From: Antedon mediterranea
Lineage: Eukaryota; Animalia; Echinodermata
Reading direction: 5' to 3'
NCBI RefSeq assembly: GCF_964355755.1
Contig: NC_092675.1
Location: forward strand, 29,298,912-29,362,911
DNA: 64,000 bases
Position 1 is the first letter of the stretch; each line of letters starts with the position of its first letter. The position numbers and the translations under genes were made by a program. The notes under the pieces are model-generated. The model had not been told where the DNA came from. It ran no database searches and saw only the letters and a list, made by a program, of their open reading frames with translations. Of this stretch, positions 62,226 to 64,000 are shown one piece after another.

Positions 62226-63425
62226 CTCATTGTGCAATTTGGGATTGGACCGTTCTAGAGGTGTTTACCACCTGTTGGTCCCATCCTTCATTGAATGAAC
62301 TCTGTTCTTTATATATGTTATGTCTTTTTCATTTCTCATTGTGCAATTTGTGATTGGACCGTTCTAGAGGTGTTTACCACCTGTTGGTCCCATCCTTTAC
62401 TGAATGTACTCTGTTCTTTATATATGTTATGTCTTTTTCATTTCTCATTGTGCAATTTGTGATTGGACCGTTCTAGAGGTGTTTACCACCTGTTGGTCCC
62501 ATCCTTTACTGAATGTACTCTGTTCTTTATATATGGTATGTCTTTTTCATTTCTCATTGTGCAATTTGTGATTGGACCGTTCTAGAGGTGTTTACCACCT
62601 GTTGGTCCCATCCTTCATTGAATGAACTCTGTTCTTTATATATGTTATGTCTTTTTCATTTCTCATTGTGCAATTTGTGATTGGACCGTTCTAGAGGTGT
62701 TTACCACCTGTTGGTCCCATCCTTTACTGAATGTACTCTGTTCTTTATATATGGTATGTCTTTTTCATTTCTCATTGTGCAATTTGTGATTGGACCGTTC
62801 TAGAGGTGTTTACCACCTGTTGGTCCCATCCTTTACTGAATGTACTCTGTTCTTTATATATGTTATGTCTTTTTCATTTCTCATTGTGCAATTTGTGATT
62901 GGACCGTTCTAGAGGTGTTTACCACCTGTTGGTCCCATCCTTTACTGAATGTACTCTGTTCTTTATATATGTTATGTCTTTTTCATTTCTCATTGTGCAA
63001 TTTGTGATTGGACCGTTCTAGAGGTGTTTACCACCTGTTGGTCCCATCCTTCATTGAATGAACTCTGTTCTTTATATATGTTATGTCTTTTTCATTTCTC
63101 ATTGTGCAATTTGTGATTGGACCGTTCTAGAGGTGTTTACCACCTGTTGGTCCCATCCTTCATTGAATGTACTCTGTTCTTTATATATGTTATGTCTTTT
63201 TCATTTCTCATTGTGCAATTTGTGATTGGACCGTTTTAGAGGTGTTTACCACCTGTTGGTCCCATCCTTCATTGAATGAACTCTGTTCTTTATATATGTT
63301 ATGTCTTTTTCATTTCTCATTGTGCAATTTGTGATTGGACCGTTCTAGAGGTGTTTACCACCTGTTGGTCCCATCCTTCATTGAATGAACTCTGTTCTTT
63401 ATATATGTTATGTCTTTTTCTTTCT
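62226..63425. repeat. Satellite/minisatellite, 109-bp unit x11
   Basis: CTCATTGTGCAATTTGTGATTGGACCGTTCTAGAGGTGTTTACCACCTG... with period 109 (62226, 62335, 62444...). Confidence 0.97.
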
Positions 63426-64000
63426 TTGTATGTACATTTTTGGTGAGAATTTGAATAAATAAAACAAATGATAAAAATTAAAATGCATTACCAGAAGCAA
63501 CAGTATGCAAATGCATACATTTAATCCTAGCAGCTTGGGGGAAATCCGCAAATCAGTCAAAGCAGACAGGAGGCCCGATCCGGGCTCAAAGGTAAAATAC
63601 ATAAAGAATACCATACATTTAATTAACAAATCATTTTATATAATAAATACTCATAAATAATATCTATTAAAAGTAACAATGATTCATTTTGACAAAAAAA
63701 ATCGATTGAAAAATATACGGATGATGATGATATATAAAACCAACCCCAACAATTTAAAACAAAACAAAGCCATAGGCCTACATGGCTGCAGTCACGTGCT
63801 TAAATTTGAGTTAGTTTGTACCGACTGACCGACCAACCGAAAAAGTGAGCCAACCACCAAAGCAATTTGTTAAATTAACCGGTTGGGGTTTTTTTTGTCG
63901 TTATGAAATCATTATTTTTGTTCATTATGTGTTCTCTTAAAACTACAAAATATCCTGTTTTTAGCCGTTGACTTTTTTGTTTTTAGGACTCGGGAGGAGG

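Overview
AT-rich eukaryotic (metazoan) genomic DNA. An invertebrate deuterostome such as an echinoderm is my inference from gene content and intron structure, not a verified assignment. By manual splicing I reconstruct five intron-rich genes: (1) PTPN13/FAP-1 (minus; KIND-FERM-PDZ, 3' part runs off the window start), (2) CDK1 (plus, complete, PSTAIRE), (3) LARP7 (minus, complete), (4) an ankyrin-repeat DHHC palmitoyltransferase of the ZDHHC13/17 (Akr1/HIP14) type (plus, complete) and (5) RAP1GDS1/SmgGDS (minus, complete). Introns carry many non-autonomous DNA transposons: about 19 copies of a Harbinger/Tourist-like MITE, MULE/foldback elements, piggyBac-like elements, a hAT-like MITE, a probable Helitron and Penelope-like fragments with hammerhead motifs. 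Several minisatellites are also present. The most notable observations are a U12 AT-AC intron, a three-level nested transposon including an ATAT-TSD element, repeated insertion or duplication events at 5' splice sites, a candidate alternative first exon and a YGCY-rich intron at the SmgGDS-558-type cassette exon, an NF-Y/CHR/E2F-type CDK1 promoter, and a minimal hammerhead ribozyme motif. I see no clearly new protein-coding system. All gene models and family names come from reading the sequence and from recall; no database search was run.
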